DNA from: Octopus vulgaris
Taxonomy: Eukaryota
DNA length: 64,000 nucleotides
Direction of reading: 5' to 3'
Assembly (NCBI GenBank): GCA_951406725.2
Contig: OX597816.1
Coordinates: 39,308,001 to 39,372,000, forward strand
The notes beneath the pieces are model-generated. The model made no database searches and was not told the origin of the DNA. It saw only the letters and a list, made by a program, of their open reading frames with translations. Within the stretch, counting starts at the first letter, position 1, and each line of letters opens with the position of its first letter. A program made the position numbers and the translations under genes. Of this stretch, positions 12,102 through 24,122 are shown piece by piece.

Positions 12102-12236
12102 TCACTTAATGCTTTCTAAATACCACATGTGATTAAAAACATATTTTCTATATTCATATAGAGTATTTTGTAAATTAGTGTAGAAATTACATACTGCTAA
12201 TAGTAACAGCACTAATTGGGAGATTGTAGTATATTT

Positions 12237-12269
<33 letters not shown>

Positions 12270-12499
12270 GAGCAAACCTTGTCAACTCTACTGATGTCGA
12301 TCTGCAAGGGATCTTTATTGTGAGCATGCTGTTCTAAAATCATTACTTAAACACATGCCTGTTTGTATGTATCTATGCGTGTATGTGAATATAAATATAT
12401 TATGTATTTGTGTGCGTGTGTATATGTATATGTTTGGTTTGTATATGATATGTCTATGTATCTTTGTGTGTGTATATATATTATGTTTCTCTGTATGTG

Positions 12500-12575
12500 T
12501 ATATATAAACTGGTGGTGCCCCAGCATGGTCACACAGCCTTAGGGCTGAAAAGTCTAAAAGAATAAAGGAATATG

Positions 12576-12608
<33 letters not shown>

Positions 12609-12991
12609 TCACACCCACACCCACATTCACACATATATGCATGTATATATAAATTGTGTGTGTGTGTATATATAAACTGGTGGTGCCCCAGCATGGCCAC
12701 AGCCTTGGGGCTGAAAAGTCTAAAAGAATAAAGGAATATATATATGTATATACTCACATTCACACATATATGTATGTATATATATATGTGTGTGTGTGTA
12801 TATATAAACTGGTGGTGCCCCAGCATGGCCACAGCCTTGGGGCTGAAAAGTCTAAAAGAATAAAGGAATATATATGTATATACTCACATTCACACATATA
12901 TGTATGTATATATATATGTGTGTGTGTGTATAAACTGGTGGTGCCTCAGCATGGCCACAGCCTTAGGGCTGAAAAGTCTAAAAGAATAAAG

Positions 12992-13040
<49 letters not shown>

Positions 13041-13060
13041 CACACACACATTCACACATA
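12500..13060 (+). repeat. 4-copy tandem repeat of a SINE-tail-derived ~65-bp unit plus microsatellite spacer
   Basis: aaactggtggtgccccagcatggccacagcctt(a/g)gggctgaaaagtctaaaagaataaaggaata starting at 12507, 12674, 12806, 12932. Confidence 0.92.
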
Positions 13061-13530
13061 TAAGTTTGTATATATTTATGTGTGTGTATGTATATATATG
13101 TGCGTATTTATACATATATGTAACTTTACTTCTATGTACATTATAAATCTACACGAAGGGTTACTGCATTCCTGTGATTTCCGGTTCTTGGCAGAGTTGC
13201 AAGTTCTCCTGAAACCCTGCTGCCAATAAATCATGAAGATAAAGCTGTTCATAAGTCGCACACACGTCCATTTAGTTCAGTTCTATGTTTAGACAAAAAT
13301 TTCCAAAGAAATGAAGAAAGAATAATCTGAAAGAAAAGAAATTTAATTTTTACAAACGAAAAAAAAAAGAAAATTAAAAGAAAGTAAATAATTTATCTGA
13401 GTTACAGAAAAATGTTTTGGGGGTGAAATTCTCAGAATGACTTTTCTCTTTGCTGTTTTTATTTTTATTTCAATATTTTTGAAAATGTCTTTGTTTCTCT
13501 TTTTTGTTTTTCCTTTTAGAAAATAAAATG

Positions 13531-13585
<55 letters not shown>

Positions 13586-13769
13586 GCGGGTGGCACGTAA
13601 AAAGCACCCACTACACTCACGGAGTGGTTGGCGTTAGGAAAGGCATATCGCCGTAGAAACACTGCCAGATCTGACTAGGCCTGATGAAGCCTTCCGGCTT
13701 CACAGAGCCCAGTTGAACCGTCCAACCCATGCTAGCATGGAAAACGGACGCTAAATGATGATGATGATG

Positions 13770-13770
<1 letters not shown>
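13586..13770 (+). mobile_element. RTE-type 3' tail inserted within (ATT)n
   Basis: gtggcacgtaaaaagcaccc...ccaacccatgctagcatggaaaacggacgctaaatgatgat, with (ATT)n on both sides. Confidence 0.8.
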
Positions 13771-13802
<32 letters not shown>

Positions 13803-14108
13803 GTGGGCACATGGCCTAGGTGATTAGAGTGATGCACTCAAGATCTCAAGATCATGGTTTCAATTCCTAGACCAGGCAGTGCATTGTGTTCTTGAGCAAA
13901 ATACTTCATCTCACATTACTCAGTTAATCACTTCAACACCTGAAGCATGGTACACTATGCACCTGTTCAGGCAATGTCAATTGGAGTGAGGAAGTGAGTT
14001 AATGTGTGGCACATACATTGGATCACTATAAACATATCATTCAGCAAAAACTGAGCACTCATATGTCATCTTCAACAGGTGAGTCCAACATTATTATTAT
14101 TATTATCA

Positions 14109-14478
14109 CTAGCACTATGACCCAGCAACGCCAGGTCATAATGCTAGTGCATGCATATACAGCTTCATGCATGCACACATTCACGCAAGTACTGTCCAAA
14201 TCTCCGACCAATCACATACAGCTAGCTAGCATTCAATTAGTGTATCAAGTTTCGGGCATTTCAATTGGGTTTTTGGATAGAAAATTCACAAAATAGTCAC
14301 TTCTATTGATTTTTTTAATGGCTTTGCGGGGTGACTGGGGAAATGTAAAGATGTGCACGACCACCCTTGGACGGTTTTGAATGACCATAGAAAGTGCGAG
14401 CCCTCTAACTGAAAAATTGTGGATTTGTATAAAGGACACACACACAGACAGACATTTTGCCATTTATATATTGAGAGA
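14109..14478 (-). mobile_element. Non-autonomous Helitron (family 2)
   Basis: - strand begins TC(TCTCAATATATAAA) and ends in the long palindrome actagcactatgacc...ggtcataatgctagt with terminal CTAG, between A and T. Confidence 0.65.
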
Positions 14479-14490
14479 TTATTATTATTA

Positions 14491-14705
14491 AGGTGGTGAG
14501 TTGGCAGAATTGTTAGCACCCCGAGCAGAATGCATAGCAGGATTTCATCCATCTTCACATTCTAAGTTCAATTTCTGCTGAGGCTAGCTTTGCCTTCCAT
14601 CTTTTGGGGTTGATAAATTAAGTACCGGTGAAACAATGGGGTCAGTGTAATTGACTTGTCTCCTTTCCCCAAATTTCAGGCTTTGTGCCTTTAGTAGAAA
14701 GGATT
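14491..14705 (+). mobile_element. Meta-domain-like SINE
   Basis: ggtggtgagttggcagaa head, gccttccatcttttggggttgataaattaagtacc core, (ATT) tail. Confidence 0.75.
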
Positions 14706-14723
14706 ATTATTATTATTATTAAT

Positions 14724-15116
14724 TGGCGCAGGAGTGGCTGTGTGGTAAGTAGCTTGCTAACCAACCACATGGTTCCGGGTTCAGTCCGACTGCGTGGCAT
14801 CTTGGGCAAGTGTCTTTTGCTATAGCCTCGGGCTGACCAATGCCTTGTGAGTGGACTTGGTAGATGGAAACTGAAAGAAGCCTGTCGTATATATGTATGT
14901 GTGTGTGTGTTTGTGTGTCTGTGTTTGTCCCCCTAGTATTGCTTGACAACCGATGCTGGTGTGTTTAGGTCCCCGTCACTTAGCAGTTTGGCAAAAGAGA
15001 CCGATAGAATAAGTACTGGGCTTACAAAGAATAAGTCCCGGGGTCGATTTGCTCGACTAAAGGCGGTGCTCCAGCATGGCCGCAGTCAAATGACTGAAAT
15101 AAGTAAAAGAGTAAAA
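14724..15116 (+). mobile_element. Family A SINE
   Basis: Full-length match to 10643-11055. Confidence 0.85.
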
Positions 15117-15365
15117 GGTGGCGATCTGGCAGACCTGTTAGTACTCCAGGCAGAATGCTTAGCGCCATTTCATCTGTCTTTACATTATAAGTTCAAATTT
15201 CACCAAGGTTGACTTTGGCTTTCATCCTTTTGAGATTGATAAAATAAGTACCAGTTGATTGAATAAATATCAGGCTTAAAAAAAGATAAATACTTGGGTC
15301 AATTCATTTGACTAAACATTCAAAGCAGTGCCCCAGCATGGCCTCAGACTGAAATGAGTAAAAGA
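15117..15365 (+). mobile_element. Meta-like SINE head/core joined to a family-A-type tail
   Basis: ggtggcgatctggcaga head, Meta core, then gtgccccagcatggcc...ctgaaatgagtaaaag tail. Confidence 0.6.
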
Positions 15366-15816
15366 TAAATGAAAAGAAGATAGTTGGTCAGAGCACAGAA
15401 TCAAGCTGGGAAATCTAATAACAGTTGCTTTTGATAGGATCCAATGGAGGAGGTGTCTGACAATTCTACCCCCACAACTCTCCCAGTAATAGAGGACAGA
15501 GAAGATAGATGAATTTCTTTTTATGGTTTAGCTTGGAGGAATCAGGCCATTTTTCCATGTCCTCCATAGTCTCTCCAAAACGATTGAGCTTCAATGTTGG
15601 TTTTCATCTTTTATACAATTTCAGGAAAAGCATGGATCAAAGGAGGAAGAAAAACCCAAAGGGTTGATAGCTAAGAATGGACTGGATTTAGTGGTTAGTA
15701 ATAGTGACTGGAGGAGGGTAAGCACAACATCAGGCATGAGAAGAAAGGAGATGTGGGAGTTTTTGTCTTCAAATTGCTTGAATAAACTTATCTTTTGAAC
15801 TCACTATATTACGTAT

Positions 15817-16201
15817 GTGGAAGCACTCCGTCGGTTACGACGACGAGGGTTCCGGTTGATCCGAATCAACGGAACAGCCTGCTTGTGAAATTAACGTGTA
15901 AGTGGCTGAGCACTCCACAGACACGTGTACCCTTAACGTAGTTCTCGGGAATATTCAGCATGACACAGAGAGTGACAAGGCCGGCCCATTGAAATACAGG
16001 TACAAGAGAGACAGGAAGTAAGAGTGAGAGAAAGTTGTGGTGAAAGAGTACAGCAGGGATCACCACCATCCCTGTCGGAGCCTCGTGGAGCTTTAGGTGT
16101 TTTCGCTCAATAAACACTCACAACACCCGGTCTGGGAATCGAAACCACGATCCTACGACCGCGAGTCCGCTGCCCTAACCACTGGGCCATTGCGCCTCCA
16201 C
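15817..16201 (-). mobile_element. tRNA-derived SINE (family E, tail type 1)
   Basis: - strand gtggaggcgcaatggcccagtggttagggcagcggac...gtttcgattcc; TSD attacgtat (15808-15816) / attacatat (16202-16210). Confidence 0.85.
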
Positions 16202-16509
16202 ATTACATATGTGAAGGTGTGTTGTCTGGTGATTAGATTGTTGCACTCACAATTGCTAGATTGTAGGTTCAGTTCCCAGACTGTACAGAACATTGTGTTC
16301 TTGAGCAAACCACTTCATTTCACATTGCTCCACTCCACCCGACTGTAAATGGATATCCCCTCCCCTGCAATGGAATAGCTTTCTAGTTAGGGGGAATGTT
16401 GGCCTGCTCACCTAGCCAGCTGGGTAGCATCATTTGAAAACTAAAGCAATGTGACCGGTGATATATAACAACATCTAATAATTTAATTGATATCATGATA
16501 TTACACAGA

Positions 16510-16674
16510 GGCACAGGCGTGGCTGTGTGGTAAAAGGCTTGCTTCCCAACCACATGGTTCTATGTTCAGTCCACTGCACCTTAGCAGCTTGGGCAAGTGT
16601 CTTCTACTATAGCCTCGGGCCAACCAAAGCTTTGTGAGTGGATTTGGTAGATGGAAACTGAAAGAAGCCTGTCA

Positions 16675-16729
<55 letters not shown>

Positions 16730-17165
16730 GGAAAGTTTACGAAAATAAACAAAAGACGAAGGCAGGTGGTGTACAAACAAACAAATGTATTAGTATAGCG
16801 CTCAGGAATAGAAAAAGTCTTTTACGTTTCGAGCCTATGCTCTTCCACAGAAAGATACACAGAAAAAAACAAGGAGAGAAAAAAAAATGTGTATAGTAGC
16901 TAATGATCTATCATGGCGTATATATATATAGATATATATATGTGTGTGTGTGTGTGTGAATGTATATATCTTTGTGTCCGTATTGGCAACCAGTGTTGGT
17001 GCGTTTATGTCCCCATAACTTAGCAGTTTAGCAAAAGGGACTGATAGAATAAGTACTAGGCTTACAAATAATAAATCCTGAGGTCGATTTCTTTGACTAA
17101 AACCCTTCAATGTGGTGCTCCAGCTTGGCCACAGTCAAACGACTGAAACAAGTAATAGAATAATC
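16510..17165 (+). mobile_element. Family A SINE interrupted in its internal (TA)n by a Penelope-end fragment
   Basis: 5' half 16510-16680 and 3' half 16960-17165 flank insert 16727-16917. Confidence 0.8.
16727..16917 (-). mobile_element. Penelope-like element terminal (pLTR) fragment with hammerhead-like motif
   Basis: Homologous to the end of the PLE at 48666-48820 and to 53262-53435; motif at 16818-16855. Confidence 0.7.
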
Positions 17166-17264
17166 GAATATGTAAGATTCTACCGTGTGTATTTTGTATA
17201 CAGAACACTCCACAGAGGTACTTTCGCACAGCCATATTCATAATCAACCTTTAAATAATCAACC

Positions 17265-17505
17265 TTTTTGTATTTGTTTCAGTCATTGGACTGAAGGGGT
17301 TAGTCAAATCGGTCCTAGTATTCTTCTAAGTCACAGAGATGTAAACAAACCAGCATTGGTTGTCAAGCAGCGGGTGGAACAAACACAAAGATGCATGCTT
17401 ACACCCACTGAATGACACTTTGAGCAAGTGTCTTCCGCTAAACCCTCAGGCCGACCAAAGCCTTGTGAGTGGATTTGGTAGATAGAATCGGAATGAAACC
17501 TGTTA
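17265..17505 (-). mobile_element. Degenerate family A SINE pieces
   Basis: tgtttcagtcattggactg...accagcattggttgtcaagc (tail on -) followed by a + head fragment (caagtgtcttcc...ccaaagccttgtgagtgg). Confidence 0.55.
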
Positions 17506-17533
17506 TACATACATACATATGTATGTATGTACA

Positions 17534-17699
17534 GACGCCGGAGTGGCTGTGTGGTAAGTAGCCTGCTTACCAGCCACATGGTTCCGGGTTCAGTCCCACT
17601 GTGTGGCACCTTGGGCAAGTTGCCTTCTACTATAGCCTCGGGTTGACCAAAGCCTTCTGAGTGGATTTGGTAGACAGAAACTGAAAGAAGCCCATCGTA

Positions 17700-17768
<69 letters not shown>

Positions 17769-17975
17769 GTCTGTATGTGTGTGTTTGTCCCCACCAACAT
17801 CGCTTGACAACTGATGCTGGTGCGTTTACATCCCCGTAACTTAGCAGTTCGGCAAAAGAGACCGATAGAATAAGTACTAGGCTTACAAAGAATAAGTCCT
17901 GGGGTCGATTTGCTCGACTAAAGGTGGTGCTCCAGCATGGCCGCAGTCAATTGACTGAAACAAGTAAAAGAGTAT
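17534..17975 (+). mobile_element. Family A SINE with expanded internal (TA)n
   Basis: Full-length match to 10643-11055. Confidence 0.85.
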
Positions 17976-18362
17976 ATGTTTGTATGCATGGGTGTGTGTG
18001 CATCTTGGAGTCCAGTGTTCGTTTTCCACTCACTCACCCACCGTTTGACAACAGGTGTTAGTGTGTTTATATCCTCGTAACTTAGAGGTTCGGCAAAAAA
18101 ACCGATGGAGTAAGTACCAGGCTTTAAAAAACAGTATTGAGATCCATTCGTTATGATATAGTTTAGATTCTTAATTAAATATCATTGGCATGAATTCACT
18201 TTTCATCCTCCTGGCGTTGGATATATAATTACCAGTCAAATATTGGGGTTGGTTTAATTGAGTGTCGTCACACTCTAGACGTATTTACTAAATCATGCCA
18301 GGGCTACAAGTTCTCATCGAAAATCAAGTGCGTTCTGTCTCAATATATATATATATATATAT

Positions 18363-18655
18363 ATCACCGTGACCGACCAGGCTATCAGATGTTGCTACAC
18401 ATCGCTGGTCACAATGCGCTTCGCATTGTTTTAGCCTTCGAATGACGCCACCCCGCTGGTTAAGCGAGCAGGCCAACAGAAGAAAGAGTGAGAGAAAGTT
18501 GTGGTGAAAGAGTACAGCAGGGATCCCTGCCGGAGCCTCGTGGAGCTTTAGGCGTTTTCGCTCAATAAACACTCACAACGCCCGGTATGAGAATCGAAAC
18601 CGCAATCCTACGACCGCGAGTCCGCTGCCCTAACCACTGGGCCATTGTGCCACCA
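18363..18655 (-). mobile_element. tRNA-derived SINE (family E head, RTE-like tail type 2)
   Basis: Head/body nearly identical to 16020-16201 but ends tgtgaccagcgatgtgtagcaacatctgatagcctggtcggtcacggtgata into (TA)n. Confidence 0.8.
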
Positions 18656-19936
18656 CACACACACAGACACACACACACACACAGACACACACACACACAC
18701 ACATGTTTTTTTTGTTGTTGTAATGATAAATGTTTATTTACAATACTAACACTATAACCACAACTTCCCCGATATGGTAAAACATCGAAAAATACGGCAT
18801 GTGGTATTCAGCTTACGTCCCTACAACTTAATTTCAAATCCTTCAACAGATCGATGTACTATTCCACATTTCCTTTCAAAATGTATGGCCTTCTATGTAG
18901 TAGTAGCATTGTCCTCGCATTTGTAGTTTCCTATTTGTTTTAAATTTTCTAGGAAGTAAAATGTTTGAAAACTAACATATTCAACAACAGAATTTAGTTT
19001 TATACATTGAAACTTGTGCAGAACTAAACATTTAATAGCTTAGACATGCTGTATGTAGTATAGCATATTTCAAAAACAAAATCAGTTAGTTATCAGCTTG
19101 CTTGCTGCACAGTAGCTAATTTGTGGGTGTGTTCCCAATAAAACGTCATCTTAAATGACGGATTTCCGCCGCGAAATATTGATAAAGCAAATTGTAAATA
19201 AGATAGATAATCCACACCGAATCCGCACAATGAGACGTTAATATTAATTATTAAACGTAACAAATCAATATCAACTGTTAATGTTAGAAATCAATAATTA
19301 ACTTCTGTTTTTCTTTAACATAATTAATTAGGCTTTGTAAACTCGACCAATAATATATGTATATGATAAGCAGTAGTAAACAAGCATTTCTCAACTAGAT
19401 AAACATTGAGGTGGGGGTGCCAGGAAGGTTCACGTGTCCTCTAAGCACCGAGAGGATAGCAAAGCCATGTGTATGACCTACTTTGCGACCATTAAAAAAA
19501 GTTCTTATAATAGAACGGATGTGCCAAGAATAATGTTTCTAGCTTCGCTCAATTATTTTTCTTGGGGTATCTCCAAATGTTTGTTTATTGATATATTTAA
19601 AGTGAGAGCGGGTAAAACAACAACACCAACCAACGGCTCAATTAACAAGACAAAGCAGCGTTTTATAACAAACTAAATCTATTTATATAATAATAGTTTT
19701 TGTAAACTCTTTCCTAAGGTTTGATTGCCAGAAATTAAGCAAAGTGGAATTGGGGGAGGGAAATCAGAAATATAGATTCTTTTTCGAGTACAAGAAACTT
19801 CGAATACAGTCTCTCAGTTTTGAATAAATATATTTCCACTTCTACCTTATAACATTGAGTACTACTTTTCTACCTAATTGCATTTCGTACCAATGTGACA
19901 GTGCCATCTTACCCTCTCATTCTCCCTCCCTACCTT

Positions 19937-20260
<324 letters not shown>

Positions 20261-20477
20261 AAAGGGGTTTAACTTTGTAGCATATCATCAGACCTCAAGG
20301 CCTGTTGGCCTAAAGAGGTCATAGGCCAACAGGTCTTGGGGTCTGACAATAAAGTTAAACCCTTTACGGACGGGTAACCCCATAAGCATTCACCAGGAAA
20401 AAATATAGACTGCTCCACTTCTTAGAGTGTGCTTCTTCTCCGGATATATGTTTTTCTAAAAGTAATATATATATATA

Positions 20478-20699
20478 TACTCTCTTTACTCTTTTACTTG
20501 TTTCAGTCATTTGACTGCGGCCATACTGGAGCACCGCCTTTAGTCGAGCAACTCGACCCCAGGACTTATTCTTTCGTAAGCCCAGTACTTATTCTATCGG
20601 TCTCTTTTGCCGAACCGCTAAGTGACGGGGACATAACCACACCAGCATCAGTTGTCAAGCAATGCTAGGGGGACAAACACAGACACACAAACACACACA

Positions 20700-20738
<39 letters not shown>

Positions 20739-20765
20739 GACGGGCTTCTTTCAGTTTCCGTCTAA
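20478..20765 (-). mobile_element. Family A SINE, 5'-truncated
   Basis: Reverse complement of tail and internal microsatellite. Confidence 0.85.
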
Positions 20766-21146
20766 ATCCTAAATCTAATTTTTCCCTGTAAGTTTGGATA
20801 TACTCCCTAATATTATATATATATATATTCTGACGTCATAAGGTTTTATAAACTTTGAGAGAACATGAATTCTTTTTTTTATTTTTTGGAATAGTGGCTT
20901 TTGAAGCAAATGGTAACGCTATAAATAACAGTGTTCAAATATTGGACAGAAAAAGTCGGTTGCCCATGGGATACAAAACCAAATCTCCAGTAAATATGAC
21001 AGGCGTTCTACCATTGGCACACACACACTACGTCAGAAATTACACGCACACACACAAATGTATACTAGCATAGCACACCCCAGAAAACAACTTAATGTGT
21101 GTGAAAGAGCAAGTTAGAAACAGTGTCATTGGCTTATATAGAGGTA

Positions 21147-21543
21147 CTAGCAGTATCGCCCGGCGTTGCTCGGGCTTGTAAGGGAAATAACTATATAAGC
21201 ATTTTTAGAGAGTTATAGCCAAAAAGTAGCAAAAAAATGCATTAAAAATGGAAAAAAAATGATGGTAAATTTTTTTTTAAATCGTTGACTCATCGTAGAC
21301 AATTTTAGAGAGTTACTTCCCTTATATAATAGCGAAAAAAACGCATTAAAATGGAAAAAAATGATGGTAAATTTTTTTTTAAATCTTAGACTCATCGCAC
21401 ACGCGCACTAATACCCAGAAGGGCTCAATATGAATCACGACAATATGAATCACGACTGGTTAAACTGCACCGCAAAATGTGGGAGTAGTTAGGAATCTAA
21501 ATCGTAGGAGACAGACACACAACCTCTCTTTTATATATAAAGA
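21147..21543 (-). mobile_element. Non-autonomous Helitron (family 1) with internal ~100-bp tandem duplication
   Basis: Same termini as 1456-1764; segment ttttagagagtta...gactcatcg occurs twice. Confidence 0.82.
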
Positions 21544-21830
21544 TATAGATGGAGCTAAGCTGATGGCAGAAGTAAGAGTAATTAGGTTTGATAAAGAGAA
21601 TGAAAATGAGACATGTCTCCTGAGTCTGTACAATGAAGGCTCTTGTGTGCTTATCATCTAATCCTTGTGGAGAGACAGATAGAAAGAGAGGGTCTTTTCT
21701 ATTGCTGTCACAGATTTTGAAATCTTAAAATCAAGTGAAAATTATCAAATTTCATATATTGATGTAATTTTTCATACTAAATCTGATTTTGTGATTTATT
21801 TATTCCAGAAGAATTTTAGGAAAATATATA

Positions 21831-22228
21831 GGAGTGGCTGAGTGGTAAGTAGCTTGCTTACAAACCACATGGTTCCGGGTTCAGTCCCACTGTGTGGCAT
21901 CTTGGGCAAGTGCCTTCTACTATAGCCTTGGGCTGACCAAAGCCTTCTGAGTGGATTTGGTAGATGGAAACTGAAAAAAGCCTGTCGTATATATGTTATA
22001 TATATGTATATTTATGTGTGTTTACATGTTTGAGTGTCTGTGTTTGTCCCCCCAACATTGCTTGACAACCGATGGTGGTGTGTTTACATCCCCGTAACTT
22101 AGTGGTTCAGCAAAAGATACCGATAGAATAAGTACTAAGCTTACAAAGAATAAGTCCTGGGGTTGATTTGCTTGCCTAAAGGCGGTGCTCCAGCATGGCC
22201 ACAGTCAAATGACTGAAACAAGTGAAAG
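21831..22228 (+). mobile_element. Family A SINE
   Basis: Full-length match. Confidence 0.85.
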
Positions 22229-22639
22229 GGAGATATTCAAAGTTTGATAACTTTTACCAAATTAGAAAAAAAGGATTTGGAAGATAGCATTTTCTGTGTG
22301 ATAGCTGCCTATCGTAAAATGAAAGCAAACACATTATAGCGGCAAAGTTTAAAACAAAACAAAAGCAATTACATATCATATGGAGGTGAACAGCATGAGT
22401 GAGTGATATATACATAGAGAAAGAGTGAGAGAGACAGAGAAAATGAGATAATAATTTTTGATTATCATTTACCAAAATCCTTTTTGACATGCAGATTTTG
22501 AAAATCAAATCCAAGAAATTGAGCTAGTGAAAGTTTGAGTCGAGAGAAGTTGTCTCATAGTCGCTCTTATTGTAACCTTCTTTCTCCCTCTGGCCATTTG
22601 CCTTTAGTGACTGCCTGCTTGTGACCATGACTAATTGAT

Positions 22640-23760
22640 CTGTTCACTAACTTCTAATTTTTTCACAATGCGCGCTCAGAATTGGTCCTTTCACACTGGC
22701 CATTCTTCCAACATTCACCCATCTTTCAACAAACTTGCTAAAAGACAATACTTCCCTCTCCACCCACAGCTTCCTTTTCAAGTGAAACTTGAAAAAGTTG
22801 ATAAGGCCTTGGCCAAAGAGGAAAGTGCCTGTCTTTAGCCCTTTCAATCAGGTCCACCATACTACCTCTTTCGCTACAGCCACTAGACAAATAAAAATTG
22901 CCTACCCCTCCTGGTCAAAAGAGGGTGGTGGAGAAATCTTCACAATGGATTCAGCTGATAGCTGGATCTGTCCCACACATGACAATAGGTGTTCAACATA
23001 AACCTAAAGGTCACCAATACTTGAAAAAGTTGATGAGGGCTTGGCCAAAGAGGAAAGTGTCTGTCTTTAGCCCTTTCAATCCACACTGCCTCTTTTGCTA
23101 CAACCACTAGACAAATAAAAATTGCCTGCCCCTCCCGGTCAAAAGAGGGTGGCGGGGCAATCTTCACAATGGATTCAGCTGATAGCCGGATCCATCCCAC
23201 ACACGACAGCAGGTGTTCAATATAAACCTACTGGTCAGCAATACTTGGGCACTGGACTAAGGTAATACAGAATGGTTTCATCGTTCTGGGTGCACCTCGG
23301 GCAGGACCGGCTGATGGCAGTGCTTCTAAAGTTTATCCTGAACAGGCAGCGCCCCTCAGTAGCACTATCAGGCAAGGGATTACTGGAAGTTATCCATAGG
23401 CCCAGGCCTGAAAGTTCTCTGAAACAGACCAGTTAGTTGATCTTCATCAATGCCCAGAGTTTCCCCGAGAATGTTGTTGCGCTTTCCCTCCACTAGCTCT
23501 CTATAGAACTGCTCTTCACCAGAGGATGCAGCCTTAACACTTCTGGAACTACCACCAACCACATTGCCCGCCTGGCAGAGGGCTGTGAGCACTTGAAGGC
23601 ACTCAAGGTGCCAAGCACCCCTCCTCAGTCTACACCTAATCCAGGATTGCAGCTCTGTCAAAGAGATGAGCAGTGGAAAAGTATGCCTGACAAACGGTGA
23701 TAACACCTGCTCACTGTCAAGGAAACGCTGGAGATGCTGCAACCTCAGTGCATGTCTGCA
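22640..23760 (-). mobile_element. Decayed Tx1/L1-clade LINE ORF2 C-terminal region with a 232-bp tandem duplication
   Basis: Post-RT motifs LQHLQRFL..., SLA..CY.GALPV.DKL, ..AKEAVW.., ..F.ERW; many stops; duplicated unit 22788-23019 / 23020-23247. Confidence 0.65.
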
Positions 23761-23774
23761 CTGTGGTCAATAAA

Positions 23775-24076
23775 GAGAGAGAAATACAAAAGTTGTGGTC
23801 AATGAAGAGAAGGAAATACGAAGTTTGTGGTCAATGAAGAGGGTAGACGTGATACCAATAGTAATTGGTGCACTTGGAAGTATCAGCACTCATGGCTGAA
23901 AAAGATTGGTGCAAGTGTGAAGGTAGAACACCTACAAAAATCAGCATAGCTTGGAACTGCAAGAATTCTTCACAGAGTTCTTGAAGCATGACCAATAAAC
24001 AAGTATCACCTTAGTCTGCTGGCTGTGGACAGCTGACACTTTCCATCATACCTAGTAAAATAAGCTGTGAGCTTTC

Positions 24077-24121
<45 letters not shown>
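23775..24121 (+). mobile_element. R4/Dong-clade non-LTR retrotransposon 3' end with (AAT)n tail
   Basis: LWSMKRVDVIPIVIGALGSIS...LQKSA*LGTARILHRVLEA* is the typical RLE-domain C-terminus; followed by short UTR and (AAT)n. Confidence 0.85.

Positions 24122-24122
<1 letters not shown>

Noticed and set aside
12500-13060. CRISPR array
   Set aside because: Repeat is too long and SINE-derived, spacers are mutually homologous microsatellites, no cas genes, eukaryotic context.
16130-16201. tRNA gene (also 894-950, 10643-10710, 18585-18655)
   Set aside because: A/B boxes run straight into SINE bodies, with multiple diverged copies and TSDs; these are SINE heads.
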